From Truepera sp. (GTDB taxonomy: Bacteria > Deinococcota > Deinococci > Deinococcales > Trueperaceae), in assembly GCA_965218435.1 (NCBI GenBank), contig CBDCKW010000009.1, forward strand, positions 864,001 to 928,000: a DNA stretch of 64,000 bases. The letters run 5' to 3'. Shown here piece by piece: positions 38,600 to 48,857 of the stretch (positions are counted from its first letter, which is position 1; each line of letters starts with the position of its first letter). The notes under the pieces were generated by a model. That model was not told the DNA's origin. It worked only from the letters and a program-made list of their open reading frames with translations, and did not search any database. Position numbers and translations under genes: made by a program.

Positions 38600-38690
38600 C
38601 GCGGGCAGCAGACTCTAAAATATCTCTCCAAGGGTCTATCTTGGAGCTTGAAATCACGCCTGGAACGGAAGAATCCAGCCCCCAACCGAC

Positions 38691-38719
38691 TTGACAAAAG
38701 CGCGTTTTAGTACTATACT
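38691..38719 (+). promoter_or_regulatory. Near-consensus sigma70 promoter upstream of the sigma gene
   Basis: TTGACA-17 bp-TATACT. Confidence 0.75.
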
Positions 38720-38858
38720 AATTATAGTTTTGTGATGCTCCAAACCCTTCTTTCAAATCCATAACCGCTCGCTTACGCCTTTTAGCTGCACTCAACCCAT
38801 CTGTTTGGTGCAGTGAGTAAGCCCAGCTTATAGATACGCGCTCACGCCGGAGGTCAAG

Positions 38859-40034
38859 ATGCCCAGCCAAACAGCACCACATAAACGCGCCGTAAGCCGA
38901 CAAGGAACGGCTCAAGAAGTAGAGGACGGGACCATGCCCAACAACCTTAAAACAGACGAAACTGAAGCCGACCTCGAGTCCGATGACCTCGAGACCGCTG
39001 CCGACGAATTTGAAGAGATAGACGAAGACGAGCTCGACGAAGACGTTGCCGAAGAAGAAGACCGTGAAGCACTCGAGGCCCGGATGGAGGCGCAGCTCAG
39101 CACCGCTGCCTCGACCAGCGACCCGGTGCGCCAGTATCTGCAAGAGATCGGCAAGGTCAGGCTGCTGACGCTCGAGGAAGAAATCTCGCTCGCGAGGCGT
39201 TACGAAGAGGGCCGCGCCGCCGAAACTAAGCTCGCTGAAGAAGGGGCGACGCTGACTGAGCGCGCCCAACGTGCCCTGAAACGCATCGTCGAAGACGGCG
39301 AACTCGCTAAAGGCCAGCTGACCGAGGCCAACTTGCGCCTCGTTGTTTCGATTGCTAAAAAGTACCGCAACCGCGGCTTGGGCTTTATGGACACGGTGCA
39401 GGAGGGCAATCAGGGCCTGATCCGCGCTGTAGAAAAGTTCGACTACCGCAAAGGCTTTAAGTTCTCGACTTACGCGACCTGGTGGATTCGTCAAGCGATC
39501 AACCGGGCGCTCGCCGACCAAGGCCGCACGATTCGTATCCCCGTTCACATGGGTGAGACTTTGAACAAGCTCAACCGAGTCAAACGCGAACTGCACCAGG
39601 ATTTGGGCCGTGACCCGACTTTCGCTGAACTCGCGCACACAATGGGGCCGGACTGGACCGCCGACCGGGTAGAAGAGGTATTTCAGCTGACCCGCGAGCC
39701 CGTCTCGTTGGAAACGCCCGTCGGTGAAGAAGACGACTCGTTTTACGGCGACTTTATCGCCGACGAAAGCCTCGAGTCGCCCCTCGAGTTAGCGAGCCAA
39801 AATGCTATGAGCGAGCAGTTAAGCTCGGCGTTAGAAAAGCTCAATGAACGCGAGGCGATGGTCTTAAAGCTCCGTCACGGCCTGATCGACGACCGCGAGC
39901 ACACGTTAGAAGAGGTCGGTCAGCAGCTCGGCGTGACCCGTGAGCGGATTCGCCAGATTGAAAACAAGGCGCTCCGCAAACTCAAGTACTTCGAGAGCCG
40001 CAACCGCGGCCTGAGAGATTTCGTCGGCTCTTAG
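38859..40034 (+). CDS. RpoD/SigA-family sigma70 factor (start may be 38934)
   Basis: [62 protein letters not shown]. Confidence 0.93.
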   Translation: MPSQTAPHKRAVSRQGTAQEVEDGTMPNNLKTDETEADLESDDLETAADEFEEIDEDELDEDVAEEEDREALEARMEAQLSTAASTSDPVRQYLQEIGKVRLLTLEEEISLARRYEEGRAAETKLAEEGATLTERAQRALKRIVEDGELAKGQLTEANLRLVVSIAKKYRNRGLGFMDTVQEGNQGLIRAVEKFDYRKGFKFSTYATWWIRQAINRALADQGRTIRIPVHMGETLNKLNRVKRELHQDLGRDPTFAELAHTMGPDWTADRVEEVFQLTREPVSLETPVGEEDDSFYGDFIADESLESPLELASQNAMSEQLSSALEKLNEREAMVLKLRHGLIDDREHTLEEVGQQLGVTRERIRQIENKALRKLKYFESRNRGLRDFVGS

Positions 40035-40066
40035 CGTAACGACCCACCGTAAATACCTGAATACTC

Positions 40067-40099
40067 ACCGGCTGATCCGATAAAGTCAGCCGGTTTTTT
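40067..40099 (+). terminator. Intrinsic terminator
   Basis: ACCGGCTGA...TCAGCCGGT followed by a T run. Confidence 0.8.
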
Positions 40100-40249
40100 A
40101 GTGCTGTTTTTCTCTTTTGTAACGGGGTATGAGAAGCGCGTTTGTCAGCTGCCGTAAACCTTAGGGTTTACGGCAGTAGTTAGCGTCACGATTTAGCGTA
40201 AAGTTAAGCAGATGATCTCGAGCCGTCAGCCTGGGGCCGTGCGCACAAG

Positions 40250-41689
40250 GTGAGCTGGCATAGCGCCTACCGCGAGCGGGTGTTAGAGCCCGACTACACC
40301 TTTGCCGAACGTCACCTGGCCCCGTACCTGTTAGACGCGCTGAGCGCACACGTCAAGACTGTTGCGCGGCTGTCTATTTCACATCCTCACCAAGTTGAGG
40401 TCAAGGCGCTTTTGGCGGCGCTTCGTCAGCTCTACGCGGAGCCGCCCGTCCCTTACGACCCGGTGGTACCCGACCTCTATTTTGCGGTAAACCGTAGACT
40501 CGAGGCCGCGTTGGGCGAGCCGACCGTCAGCTTTTTACGGCTGGGGCTTTCACGAAACGACCTCGATATGACGGTGTACAAACTCCGCGCCCGCGAACTG
40601 CTGCTCAGTCTCGGGCAGCAGCTCTGCGCCTTACGAGGGGCAATTTTGAAGCAGGCCGAAACGCACCTGGAAACTGTTCTCATCGCCTACACGCACCACC
40701 AACCGGGGCAGCCGACGACTGTCGCGCATTATCTAGCCGCTATCGAAGGGGCGCTGGCGCGTGACTCCGAGCGTCTTCTGGCGACGTTCGGGCGGCTCAA
40801 CACCTGTCCGCTGGGTGCGGCGGCGCTCGCCGGGAGCAGTCACCCACTAGACCGCGCTTACACCGCGCAACTGCTGGGCTTTCATGCACCGGTCGAAAAT
40901 ACCTACGATGCGGTAGCTGCGTCGGACTGGCAGCTCGACATCGTTGGGGTGTCGCAGAGCTGCGCGGTGACCTCCTCACGGTTTGTCTGCGATCTCCTCA
41001 ACTGGGCGTCGCAAGGGGTGTTTCGGTTGGGGGACGGCTTGGTGCAGGGCTCCTCAGTTATGCCGCAAAAACGCAATCCGGTGGCTTTAGAGCACGCCCG
41101 CACGCGCTTTTCGCGCGTTTTGGGCGCGTCGCAGATGGTGCTCTATTCGTCGCACAACATCCCTTACGGCGATCTGAACGATTTCGGCCCCGATATTCAG
41201 GGCGCACTCCAGACTCTGTTCTTACAGCTCAGCGGCGGCTTGGCCTTGCTGCACGCGTGCCTCAGCGAGAGCCGTTTCAACACCGTAAAACTCGCTGAAC
41301 TTGCCGCCGCAACCGACACGACCGCGACCGAACTAGCCGACGAACTGACCCGGCGCGGCCTCAGCTTTCAGGCGGCGCACCGTTTGGTCGGGCGCTTGGT
41401 TGCGCGTCTACAAGACCGTGGGGAGCCTTTGGAACGTGCAATCCCTGAGGACCTACAAGAATTAGGTGGCCCCGTGTTAGCTGAAACTGCTCTAAGCGAC
41501 GCCCTTAACCCGGAACTGTTCGTCCGCCGCCGCAACGGTTTGGGCGGCCCTGCCCCGGACACAGTGAAAGCACATCTGCTTCACGCCGCGCAACGTCTGG
41601 CCGAAAACTCAGCTAAACTAGACGGGGTACAAACTCAGCTTAAAGAGGCGCAGCGCAGTTTGCGTGTGCCGGGAGAGGAACACTTGTGA
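40250..41689 (+). CDS. Argininosuccinate lyase-like C-N lyase (fumarase/aspartase superfamily)
   Basis: SRNDL, YTHHQPGQP, CPLGAAALAG, GSSVMPQKRNP; lacks the usual ArgH N-terminal WGGRF. Confidence 0.8.
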   Translation: MSWHSAYRERVLEPDYTFAERHLAPYLLDALSAHVKTVARLSISHPHQVEVKALLAALRQLYAEPPVPYDPVVPDLYFAVNRRLEAALGEPTVSFLRLGLSRNDLDMTVYKLRARELLLSLGQQLCALRGAILKQAETHLETVLIAYTHHQPGQPTTVAHYLAAIEGALARDSERLLATFGRLNTCPLGAAALAGSSHPLDRAYTAQLLGFHAPVENTYDAVAASDWQLDIVGVSQSCAVTSSRFVCDLLNWASQGVFRLGDGLVQGSSVMPQKRNPVALEHARTRFSRVLGASQMVLYSSHNIPYGDLNDFGPDIQGALQTLFLQLSGGLALLHACLSESRFNTVKLAELAAATDTTATELADELTRRGLSFQAAHRLVGRLVARLQDRGEPLERAIPEDLQELGGPVLAETALSDALNPELFVRRRNGLGGPAPDTVKAHLLHAAQRLAENSAKLDGVQTQLKEAQRSLRVPGEEHL

Positions 41690-42963
41690 AGTTAAAGGTC
41701 AAGCTAGCCGCCGTTCTATTCGGAACTTTTTTGCCGGTCATCTTAGCTATCGCCGCCGCGCAGGAACCGGTGACGATCACCTACTGGCAGTACGACTACG
41801 AAACCCGCGTTGCCGCCATCGACCAACTGATTACGCAGTTTGAAAAAGCCAACCCTGACATTAAAGTGGTGCAAGAGACGTTCCCGTATGACGCCTATCA
41901 GCAGCGTATCGCGGCGGCCCTTGCTGCCGGTCAAGGTCCCGACGTGTTACAGCTCTTTTACGGCTGGCTGCCGGGATTTGTCCGGTCGGGGTATCTCGAG
42001 CCCCTCCCCGCCCAGTATTTTGACCCGAAAACGCTCGACAAAGCGTTTGTGCCGATGGTCCAAGCCGCCAAATTTAACGGCGATTACTACGGCCTGCCGA
42101 CCGCTGTTCGCAGCCTCGCACTCTTTTACAACGCCGATAAGCTTAAAGAAGCGGGTTTCGACGGTCCGCCTAAAACGTGGGCCGAATTCGTTGACATCGC
42201 TAAGGCACTGACGGTCAAACGCGGCCCCCGCTTCTCTCAAGAGGGCTACGGCATCTCACCGAACGGTCAAGACCACAACCTGATTCGTACCGTGCTGATG
42301 AAGCAGTTCGGCACCGAACCGTACAACGAGGACAACACCAAAGTCTTGTACGGCGACGAAGCGGGCGCAAAAGCCTTTAAGTTCTACACCGATTGGATCA
42401 CCCAAGATGAGATCGGCGTGATCGAATTTATCCCCGGCGACAACGGTTACCGCGACGGCTTTCGGTTACAAGAAAACATTGCCATGATTATTGACGGTTC
42501 GTTTGCGATTGGTGACATTCAAGAGGGCGCACAGTTTAACTGGGGCGTCGCCGAACTGCCCGTGTTGGAAGAGGGCGGGACCAAGGCCAACTTCGGCTCG
42601 TTTTGGATGAACGGCTTGACGCCGAACGCGTCGGCGGACGAGGCGACGCTGGCGGCGTCAGCAAAGTTTTTAGAGTTTATCACCTCCGAAGACGCCATGC
42701 GGCTCTGGCTCGAGACCGTTGGCGAACTGCCCGCGAGAGCGTCCCTGGCCAATGACCCCAAACTCGCGCAAGACCCGGTGTACGGCCCCTTTATCTCCTC
42801 GCTGCCGTTCGCCGAAGCGACCAGCTTTGTGGACGAGGCAGCCCAGCGCGACGTGATGTTAGACGCCATCAACCGCGTCGTCTTAGAGGGGCAAGACCCC
42901 ACCGCGTCGCTGATGCAAGCCGCGAAAGAAGATCAGGCCATTTTAGACGCGGCTAATCAGTAG
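41686..42963 (+). CDS. Sugar (CUT1) ABC transporter substrate-binding protein
   Basis: Signal peptide, ITYW..FEKANPDIKV, GPDV, LFYNADKL..PKTWAEF. Confidence 0.9.
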   Translation: MKLKVKLAAVLFGTFLPVILAIAAAQEPVTITYWQYDYETRVAAIDQLITQFEKANPDIKVVQETFPYDAYQQRIAAALAAGQGPDVLQLFYGWLPGFVRSGYLEPLPAQYFDPKTLDKAFVPMVQAAKFNGDYYGLPTAVRSLALFYNADKLKEAGFDGPPKTWAEFVDIAKALTVKRGPRFSQEGYGISPNGQDHNLIRTVLMKQFGTEPYNEDNTKVLYGDEAGAKAFKFYTDWITQDEIGVIEFIPGDNGYRDGFRLQENIAMIIDGSFAIGDIQEGAQFNWGVAELPVLEEGGTKANFGSFWMNGLTPNASADEATLAASAKFLEFITSEDAMRLWLETVGELPARASLANDPKLAQDPVYGPFISSLPFAEATSFVDEAAQRDVMLDAINRVVLEGQDPTASLMQAAKEDQAILDAANQ

Positions 42964-43096
42964 AGCCTCGTAGGGGGTGGAGCGTTCGTTTCGTGCTCTA
43001 CCCCTCAACCTAGAAGTGTTTCCCAAGTCAGCTTTTCAAGTAGAAAGCTAAACGCTATGCCGACCTATTTTCCGAGCTTGTTGACAGGGGAGTTTT

Positions 43097-44083
43097 GTGG
43101 CGTCTCGAGCTGAGCAAACTAATTCACGAAAGGAGGGTAAGCCGGGGCGTTCGCGTCAGCTTAAACTCGCTACGCGTGAGGCGATCTGGGCGTATGTGTT
43201 TCTCGCCGTACCGCTGGCGTTTTTCCTCTTTTTACGGATTTGGCCTGCGGTTCAGTCGTTCAAGTTGTCGCTCTTTACCTGGCACGTCGATCCGGCGCAG
43301 CGTGAGTTCGTGGGGCTGGGTTACTACCGTGAGATGCTCGCCGACTCCGACTTGCACCGCGCGCTGCTCAATACGCTGCTCTATACCGTTATCACCGTCC
43401 CCGCACAGCTTATTTTAGGTCTGCTGATCGCTTCGCTGCTGCAGAACGTCAAAACGTTCAAGGGCTTTTTTCGGGCTGTTTATTTTGCGCCGTATATCAC
43501 TCCGGCGGTGGCGGTAGCGTGGGTCTGGGGCTGGATGTACTCGGTCAACTTCGGGATTTTTAACACGCTGCTGATCGACCTTGACCTCTTAGCCGAGCGG
43601 TTGGGGTTAGGCTGGGTACAGCTCGAGCCCCAACCCTTTTTAACCAGCCCGAGCCAAGCCCTCTACGCCGTCGCCGCTGTGGTAGTGTGGCAAAACCTGG
43701 GCTTTCAGGTGGTGATTTTTTTAGCCGGGCTGCAAGGCATCCCCCGGATGTTCTACGAAGCTGCGCAGATTGACGGTGCGGACGGTTGGCGCTTATTCCG
43801 GTACATCACGCTGCCGCTGCTCAACCCGGTGCTGGTCTTTTCCGTGGTGATTTCAACCATTGTCTCGCTGCAACTCTTCGATCAGGTCGTCAATATCAAC
43901 TTTACCGACCAGGGTGGCCCCTTAAACAGCACCCTGACGATTGCCTTATACATGTACCAAGAGGCGTTTGCCCGTTCGCGCCTCGGCTACGCCGCCGCCG
44001 TCACAGTGCTCTTGTTCGCGCTCATCTTAGTGATTACACTAGTGCAGCTCCGCTTTTTCTCCCGCAGAGTCGAGTATTCGTGA
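43097..44083 (+). CDS. Sugar ABC transporter permease
   Basis: FVGLGYY, FFRAVYFAP, EAA motif YEAAQIDGA..FRYITLPLL. Confidence 0.92.
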   Translation: MASRAEQTNSRKEGKPGRSRQLKLATREAIWAYVFLAVPLAFFLFLRIWPAVQSFKLSLFTWHVDPAQREFVGLGYYREMLADSDLHRALLNTLLYTVITVPAQLILGLLIASLLQNVKTFKGFFRAVYFAPYITPAVAVAWVWGWMYSVNFGIFNTLLIDLDLLAERLGLGWVQLEPQPFLTSPSQALYAVAAVVVWQNLGFQVVIFLAGLQGIPRMFYEAAQIDGADGWRLFRYITLPLLNPVLVFSVVISTIVSLQLFDQVVNINFTDQGGPLNSTLTIALYMYQEAFARSRLGYAAAVTVLLFALILVITLVQLRFFSRRVEYS

Positions 44084-44898
44084 GCGCCCGTGTTCGGCCC
44101 GGCGTCGTCGTGAGCTATCTGCTGCTCGCTTTAGGCGCGGTGGCGATGCTTTTCCCGTTTTTATGGATGATCCTGACTTCGTTTAAGGACGCCCGCGAAA
44201 TCTTCGGGCTGAACTTTTTGCCGCAAACCTGGACGCTAGGGAACTACCGCGAGGTCATCTTCGGCACCGATTTTCCCCGCTGGTTCTTAAATAGCCTTAT
44301 TGTCGGCGTGTTGACCACCGTGTCTGTGCTTTTTTTCTGCTCGTTAGTCGGCTATACGCTCGCCCTGTTGCGGTTTCCCGGCAAAACGATTGTCTTTGTC
44401 CTGATTCTCTCGACCCTGATGGTCCCAACTGAGATGCTCGTCATTCCCTGGTTTGTGATGTCGGCGGATTACGGTTGGGTGGATTCGTATTGGGGTATCG
44501 CCTTTCCGGGTCTTATCACCGGCTTCGGCGTCTTTTTGATGCGGCAGTTCTTTTCGACGTTGCCCCGCGACCTCTTCGACGCCGCGCGGATTGACGGTCT
44601 GAGCGAGTTCGGTCTGTACTGGCGTATTGGCCTGCCGCTCGTGCGGCCAGGGTTGGCGGCGCTCGGCATCTTCTCGTTTATCGGCAACTGGAACGCTTAC
44701 TTGTGGCCGCTCATTATCGCGCAGAGTCCGCAGATGCGCACTGTCCCGGTCGGGGTGTCGCTCTTTTCCGGCGAGGCGTCAACGGCTTGGCACCTGATTA
44801 TGGCGACCTCGACGCTGGCGATTATCCCGGTGCTGGTCGTGTTTGTGGTGTTTCAAAAGCAGATTATCGAAGGAGTGGTGCTGACAGGGGTCAAATAA
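44080..44898 (+). CDS. Sugar ABC transporter permease
   Basis: PFLWMILTSFK, FLMRQFF..LFDAARIDG, WNAYLWPL; GTG overlaps the upstream stop. Confidence 0.92.
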   Translation: MSARVRPGVVVSYLLLALGAVAMLFPFLWMILTSFKDAREIFGLNFLPQTWTLGNYREVIFGTDFPRWFLNSLIVGVLTTVSVLFFCSLVGYTLALLRFPGKTIVFVLILSTLMVPTEMLVIPWFVMSADYGWVDSYWGIAFPGLITGFGVFLMRQFFSTLPRDLFDAARIDGLSEFGLYWRIGLPLVRPGLAALGIFSFIGNWNAYLWPLIIAQSPQMRTVPVGVSLFSGEASTAWHLIMATSTLAIIPVLVVFVVFQKQIIEGVVLTGVK

Positions 44899-44908
44899 AA
44901 AGTTTTGG

Positions 44909-45697
44909 CTAGAGCAGTGCCGCTCGCCCCGCCTCGGTAAGCGCCGCCATAGCTTGACGGTACGGACCGGGACCATAACTAATACGTGCGACGCCAAGGT
45001 CGGCAAGCTGCTGCAAAGGTGGCGTTGTAGGCAAAACCATGATGTTAATGGGAAGTGGCGAACGTTGGCACAGCCTCTCAATCATCGCCACGTCGGTTAA
45101 GCCGGGAACAAAAAACCCGTCGGCACCCGCTTCAGCGTAGGCTTCAGCGCGTCTTAAAGCTTGGTCAAGCTCGGCAGCGTCATGAGCTGCTGGCTCGAGC
45201 TCGAGAAAGATGTCGGTTCGGGCATTGATAAAAAGCGGTATGCCGGTCGCGTCGGCAGCTTCACGCGCCGCTCGGAGACGGGCACTTTGCGCTTCGACTG
45301 AGTACAATCCTTTGCCTCCAATGATTTGGTCTTCTAAGTTAACGCCGACAGCGCCCGTAGCAATGACCTTGGCAATCATCTCAGCTACAGCGGCTGGTTG
45401 CGAGCCGTATCCGTTTTCTATATCGCAGCTTACGGGCAGCTCAACACTCGCGACGATTCGATTTAGATTTTCCAACACTAAACTGATAGGTAGAGCTTCG
45501 CCGTCGCTAGCGCCGTGGGCTGCTGCCACCGACCAACTGCCGGTCGCCACCGCTTTAGCCCCGGAATCTGCAACCGCTTTGGCACTCCCTGCGTCCCAGA
45601 TGTTAAAAAGGATGAGCGGCTCGCCCTTGACGTGCAGCTTCTTGAAGTGTTGAGCGCGCTTTCTTTGTTCAGTCACCTTTGTCACCTTTGGCTTCAT
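44909..45697 (-). CDS. Isocitrate lyase/PEP mutase family protein
   Basis: NIWDAGSA, ATGSWSVAA, DIENGYG, NLED, INARTD, RISYGP. Confidence 0.88.
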   Translation of the reverse strand: MKPKVTKVTEQRKRAQHFKKLHVKGEPLILFNIWDAGSAKAVADSGAKAVATGSWSVAAAHGASDGEALPISLVLENLNRIVASVELPVSCDIENGYGSQPAAVAEMIAKVIATGAVGVNLEDQIIGGKGLYSVEAQSARLRAAREAADATGIPLFINARTDIFLELEPAAHDAAELDQALRRAEAYAEAGADGFFVPGLTDVAMIERLCQRSPLPINIMVLPTTPPLQQLADLGVARISYGPGPYRQAMAALTEAGRAALL

Positions 45698-46721
45698 GCT
45701 CGAGTAACCACCCTTTGCGGCTTACACCGCCGCCGTAACCGCCTAAGCTACTGTCAGCCGCAATTACGCGGTGGCACGGAACGATCAAAGCGAGCTGATT
45801 AGCCCCATTAGCCTGCGCGACGGCCCGAACTGCTGAGGGCTTTTCAAGAGCTATAGCTACGTCGGTGTAGGACTTCGTTTTTCCAAAGGGAATCTCTCTG
45901 AGAACGTTCCACACGCTTTTTTGAAACGGCGGGCCGAAGCAGGCTGTCGGCGTCTTGAACGTTTTGAGCTTGCCTGCAAAATACGCTATCAGCTCCCGCT
46001 CAATCAGTTGGATAGGCTCTGTTTGTCCAGGAATAATGGCTAATTTGGTCTTTTCCCGTAGACGTTCAAGCTCACGCTCGAGTCCTCTTCGGTCAACAAA
46101 CTCGAGCAGATAGAGTACGTCGTCGTCGGCAACAGCGAGCATCGGGCCGAGGGGTGTATCGAGCCACGCAGCCCTAAGTACAGCTGAAATGCACCGGCTT
46201 GGAGTCGCCCCTAAAGTGCGCGTAAATGCCTCTCTAAACCCGCTACCTGAGTTGTAACCGGCACTGAGCTGAGCCCCAATAACACTTTCTCCTGCTTGAA
46301 TTTGCCTCAGCGCCAGCCCCATACGCCGCGCCCTCGCATACGCGGTGAAGGTCATCCCAAAGCGTTTTTGGAACTGACGGCGTGCGGTGGATACATCTAC
46401 CGAAAGTGCCCGAAAATCTTCCTCTCGCCACCTTTTCTCCGGCTCGGCTTCAACTGCTTCAACGAGCGTTTGGACGAGCTTACTCACCTGATTAGGGTGC
46501 GACAGGGGTTGGCAGCGTTTGCAAGGACGAAATGAAGCAAGCAGTGCTGCTTGTGCCGTTTTATAAAATTCACAGTTCTCGAATTTCGGTTTCCTGGCCG
46601 GACAAGTCGGTCGGCAAAACACGCCGGTCGTCTTGACTCCCACATAGAAAATGCCTTCGTATCCGGGGTCTTTGGCGACTAGCGCCTGGTAATAGGTCTG
46701 TCTTTCTACGGTTGTCAGCAT
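45669..46721 (-). CDS. ada: Bifunctional Ada: Zn-binding activator + O6-methylguanine-DNA methyltransferase
   Basis: TTGVFCRPTC..RPCKRC, AraC HTH, PCHRV active site. Confidence 0.92.
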   Translation of the reverse strand: MLTTVERQTYYQALVAKDPGYEGIFYVGVKTTGVFCRPTCPARKPKFENCEFYKTAQAALLASFRPCKRCQPLSHPNQVSKLVQTLVEAVEAEPEKRWREEDFRALSVDVSTARRQFQKRFGMTFTAYARARRMGLALRQIQAGESVIGAQLSAGYNSGSGFREAFTRTLGATPSRCISAVLRAAWLDTPLGPMLAVADDDVLYLLEFVDRRGLERELERLREKTKLAIIPGQTEPIQLIERELIAYFAGKLKTFKTPTACFGPPFQKSVWNVLREIPFGKTKSYTDVAIALEKPSAVRAVAQANGANQLALIVPCHRVIAADSSLGGYGGGVSRKGWLLEHEAKGDKGD

Positions 46722-46958
46722 AGATGTTTGGCTTTCCCTCCTTCTACGCTCTAACATAGAAGAAAGGTTAACGTGCTGCCGCCGAGTTTCGGGCGTTGAT
46801 TTTGTGCCCGACGACTTCGCAGACAAAGAGATACAGAAAACTATGCCGACGACTGGCTTGATAAACGTGATTACGATGGTTCACACTTTTTAGACGATTC
46901 GGTAAGGCGTAAACATTCTGTAAGAAACTTGTAACAATCCTCCTGCTACATTTTGCCT

Positions 46959-48857
46959 ATGTCTCTCAAACCGGCCTCTCACAGCAGTTTGGGCTCCCGC
47001 CAAACGTTTGACTTCGCCTCCCTCTGGCACAGCAGCCAGACCGACGGTGTTTCGCCTCACGTTCAAGACGTGCTGCGCCTTCAAGAACGGGCCATCGCAG
47101 CAGTTGGTAGCGGCGTCACGATTGCCGACGTGCGACAACCCGACTGCCCGGTGGTTTACTGTAATCCGGCGTTTACCGCCGTGACCGGGTACGCGCCGGA
47201 AGAGGTGCTGGGGCGCAATTGCCGCTTTTTGCAGGGGTCTGAAACTGACCCCGAGATGGTGAGTGTGATCCGTGAAGCTGTGAGAGACGGGCGCAGCTGC
47301 ACCGCCTTATTCAAAAACTACCGCAAAGACCAAACGCCGTTTTGGAACGAACTGACGCTGACACCCGTTCACGACGAGCAGGGTAGACTTACGCACTTTA
47401 TCGGCGTGCAGCATGACGTGACGCGCCGCAAAGAGGCCGAAGACGCGCTGACGCTGGCTAACCTGGAGTTGGAGGCGCGGGTTAAAGCGCGGACGCAGGA
47501 GCTCGAGCGGGCCAACGCGCAGCTCCACTTTGAGGCGTTTCACGATACGCTTACGGGCCTCGCCAACCGCGCTCTCTTTTACGACCGGTTGGCGCACGCG
47601 TTAGAACGCGAAAAACGCAATCCGCACAATGGTTTCGCAGTGCTCTATCTGGACTTCGACCGCTTCAAGGTGATCAACGATTCGCTCGGGCACTCGGTCG
47701 GTGACGCGCTGCTCGTCGCCATCGCCAAACGGCTGAGTGAACGTGTGCGCCCCGGTGACACGGTAGCTCGTTTAGGCGGCGACGAGTTTACCGTGTTGCT
47801 CGAGGATTTAACCGACTTTGATGAAGCGACCCGCGCCGCCGAGCGGTTACAAGAGAGTTTTGTCCGGCCGTTTGAACTGGGCCAGCACGCACTTTACATC
47901 TCTGCGAGTATCGGGGTCGTCCCCAGCACCGTCGGGTATAACGAGGCTGAAGAGGTGCTCCGCGACGCCGACATCGCCATGTACCGGGCCAAAAGCTTGG
48001 GCCGCGCCCGCACCACTGTGTTCGACGCGCCGATGCGCGAACGTGCGCTAAGTTTGCTGGCGCTCGAGTCCGACCTGCGCAAGGCCGCCGAGCAAGGAGC
48101 GTTCGAGGTTCACTATCAGCCCATCGTCTCTGCACCCGAGGGTCAGACCACCGGTTTCGAGGCGCTGGTGCGCTGGCAGCACCCGGTCCACGGTTCCGTT
48201 TCGCCCGCTGAATTTATCCCGCTCGCTGAAGAAACCGGGCTTGTTATCGCCATTGACCGCTGGGTGCTGCGAAGTGCGTGTGTTCAGGTTGCGGCGTGGC
48301 AACGGTGTCCGAACCGGGCCTCTTTGACGCTCAACGTCAACTTGTCGAGCCAGCAGTTTCTCCGCGCCGACCTCGTAGATTACGTTTCGGCGGTGCTTGA
48401 CGAAACCGGCCTTGAGGGTCGCTATTTGCGCCTCGAGCTGACCGAAACGGTGATGCTCAGTTCGTCGGCAGCCGTACAAGACACTATCGCCCGCCTCAAG
48501 GCGCTTGGCGTTCAGCTCCACATTGACGACTTCGGGACCGGTTACTCGTCGCTCGCTTATTTGCAGCATCTTCCGACCGACACCTTAAAGATTGACCGCT
48601 CGTTTATTGACCGGCTCTGTGCGGGGCGTGAAGGCGAAGAGTTGGTGCGCACCATCGTTACGATGGCACACAATTTAGGGATGAAGGTCGTAGCTGAAGG
48701 GGTCGAAACGGCCGAACAGCTGGGGCTGCTCGTCGCGCTGGGGTGCGACTATATGCAGGGCTACTACTTTTCCAAACCGCTACCCGCCGCCGCCGCCGAC
48801 ACGTTTATGACCCGTATAGCCCAGGCTGAGCCGTTTCGTCCGGTTGCTACTCCTTGA
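46959..48857 (+). CDS. LOV-GGDEF-EAL protein
   Basis: GRNCRFLQG, NYRKD..FWN, GVQHDVT; RLGGDEF; EALVRW, DDFGTGYSS, EGVE; TACATT 6 nt before ATG. Confidence 0.92.
   Translation: MSLKPASHSSLGSRQTFDFASLWHSSQTDGVSPHVQDVLRLQERAIAAVGSGVTIADVRQPDCPVVYCNPAFTAVTGYAPEEVLGRNCRFLQGSETDPEMVSVIREAVRDGRSCTALFKNYRKDQTPFWNELTLTPVHDEQGRLTHFIGVQHDVTRRKEAEDALTLANLELEARVKARTQELERANAQLHFEAFHDTLTGLANRALFYDRLAHALEREKRNPHNGFAVLYLDFDRFKVINDSLGHSVGDALLVAIAKRLSERVRPGDTVARLGGDEFTVLLEDLTDFDEATRAAERLQESFVRPFELGQHALYISASIGVVPSTVGYNEAEEVLRDADIAMYRAKSLGRARTTVFDAPMRERALSLLALESDLRKAAEQGAFEVHYQPIVSAPEGQTTGFEALVRWQHPVHGSVSPAEFIPLAEETGLVIAIDRWVLRSACVQVAAWQRCPNRASLTLNVNLSSQQFLRADLVDYVSAVLDETGLEGRYLRLELTETVMLSSSAAVQDTIARLKALGVQLHIDDFGTGYSSLAYLQHLPTDTLKIDRSFIDRLCAGREGEELVRTIVTMAHNLGMKVVAEGVETAEQLGLLVALGCDYMQGYYFSKPLPAAAADTFMTRIAQAEPFRPVATP

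Noticed and set aside
38718..39638. 306-aa minus-strand ORF
   Set aside because: Antisense shadow of the sigma factor. The many other overlapping ORFs in this GC-rich DNA were rejected for the same reason.
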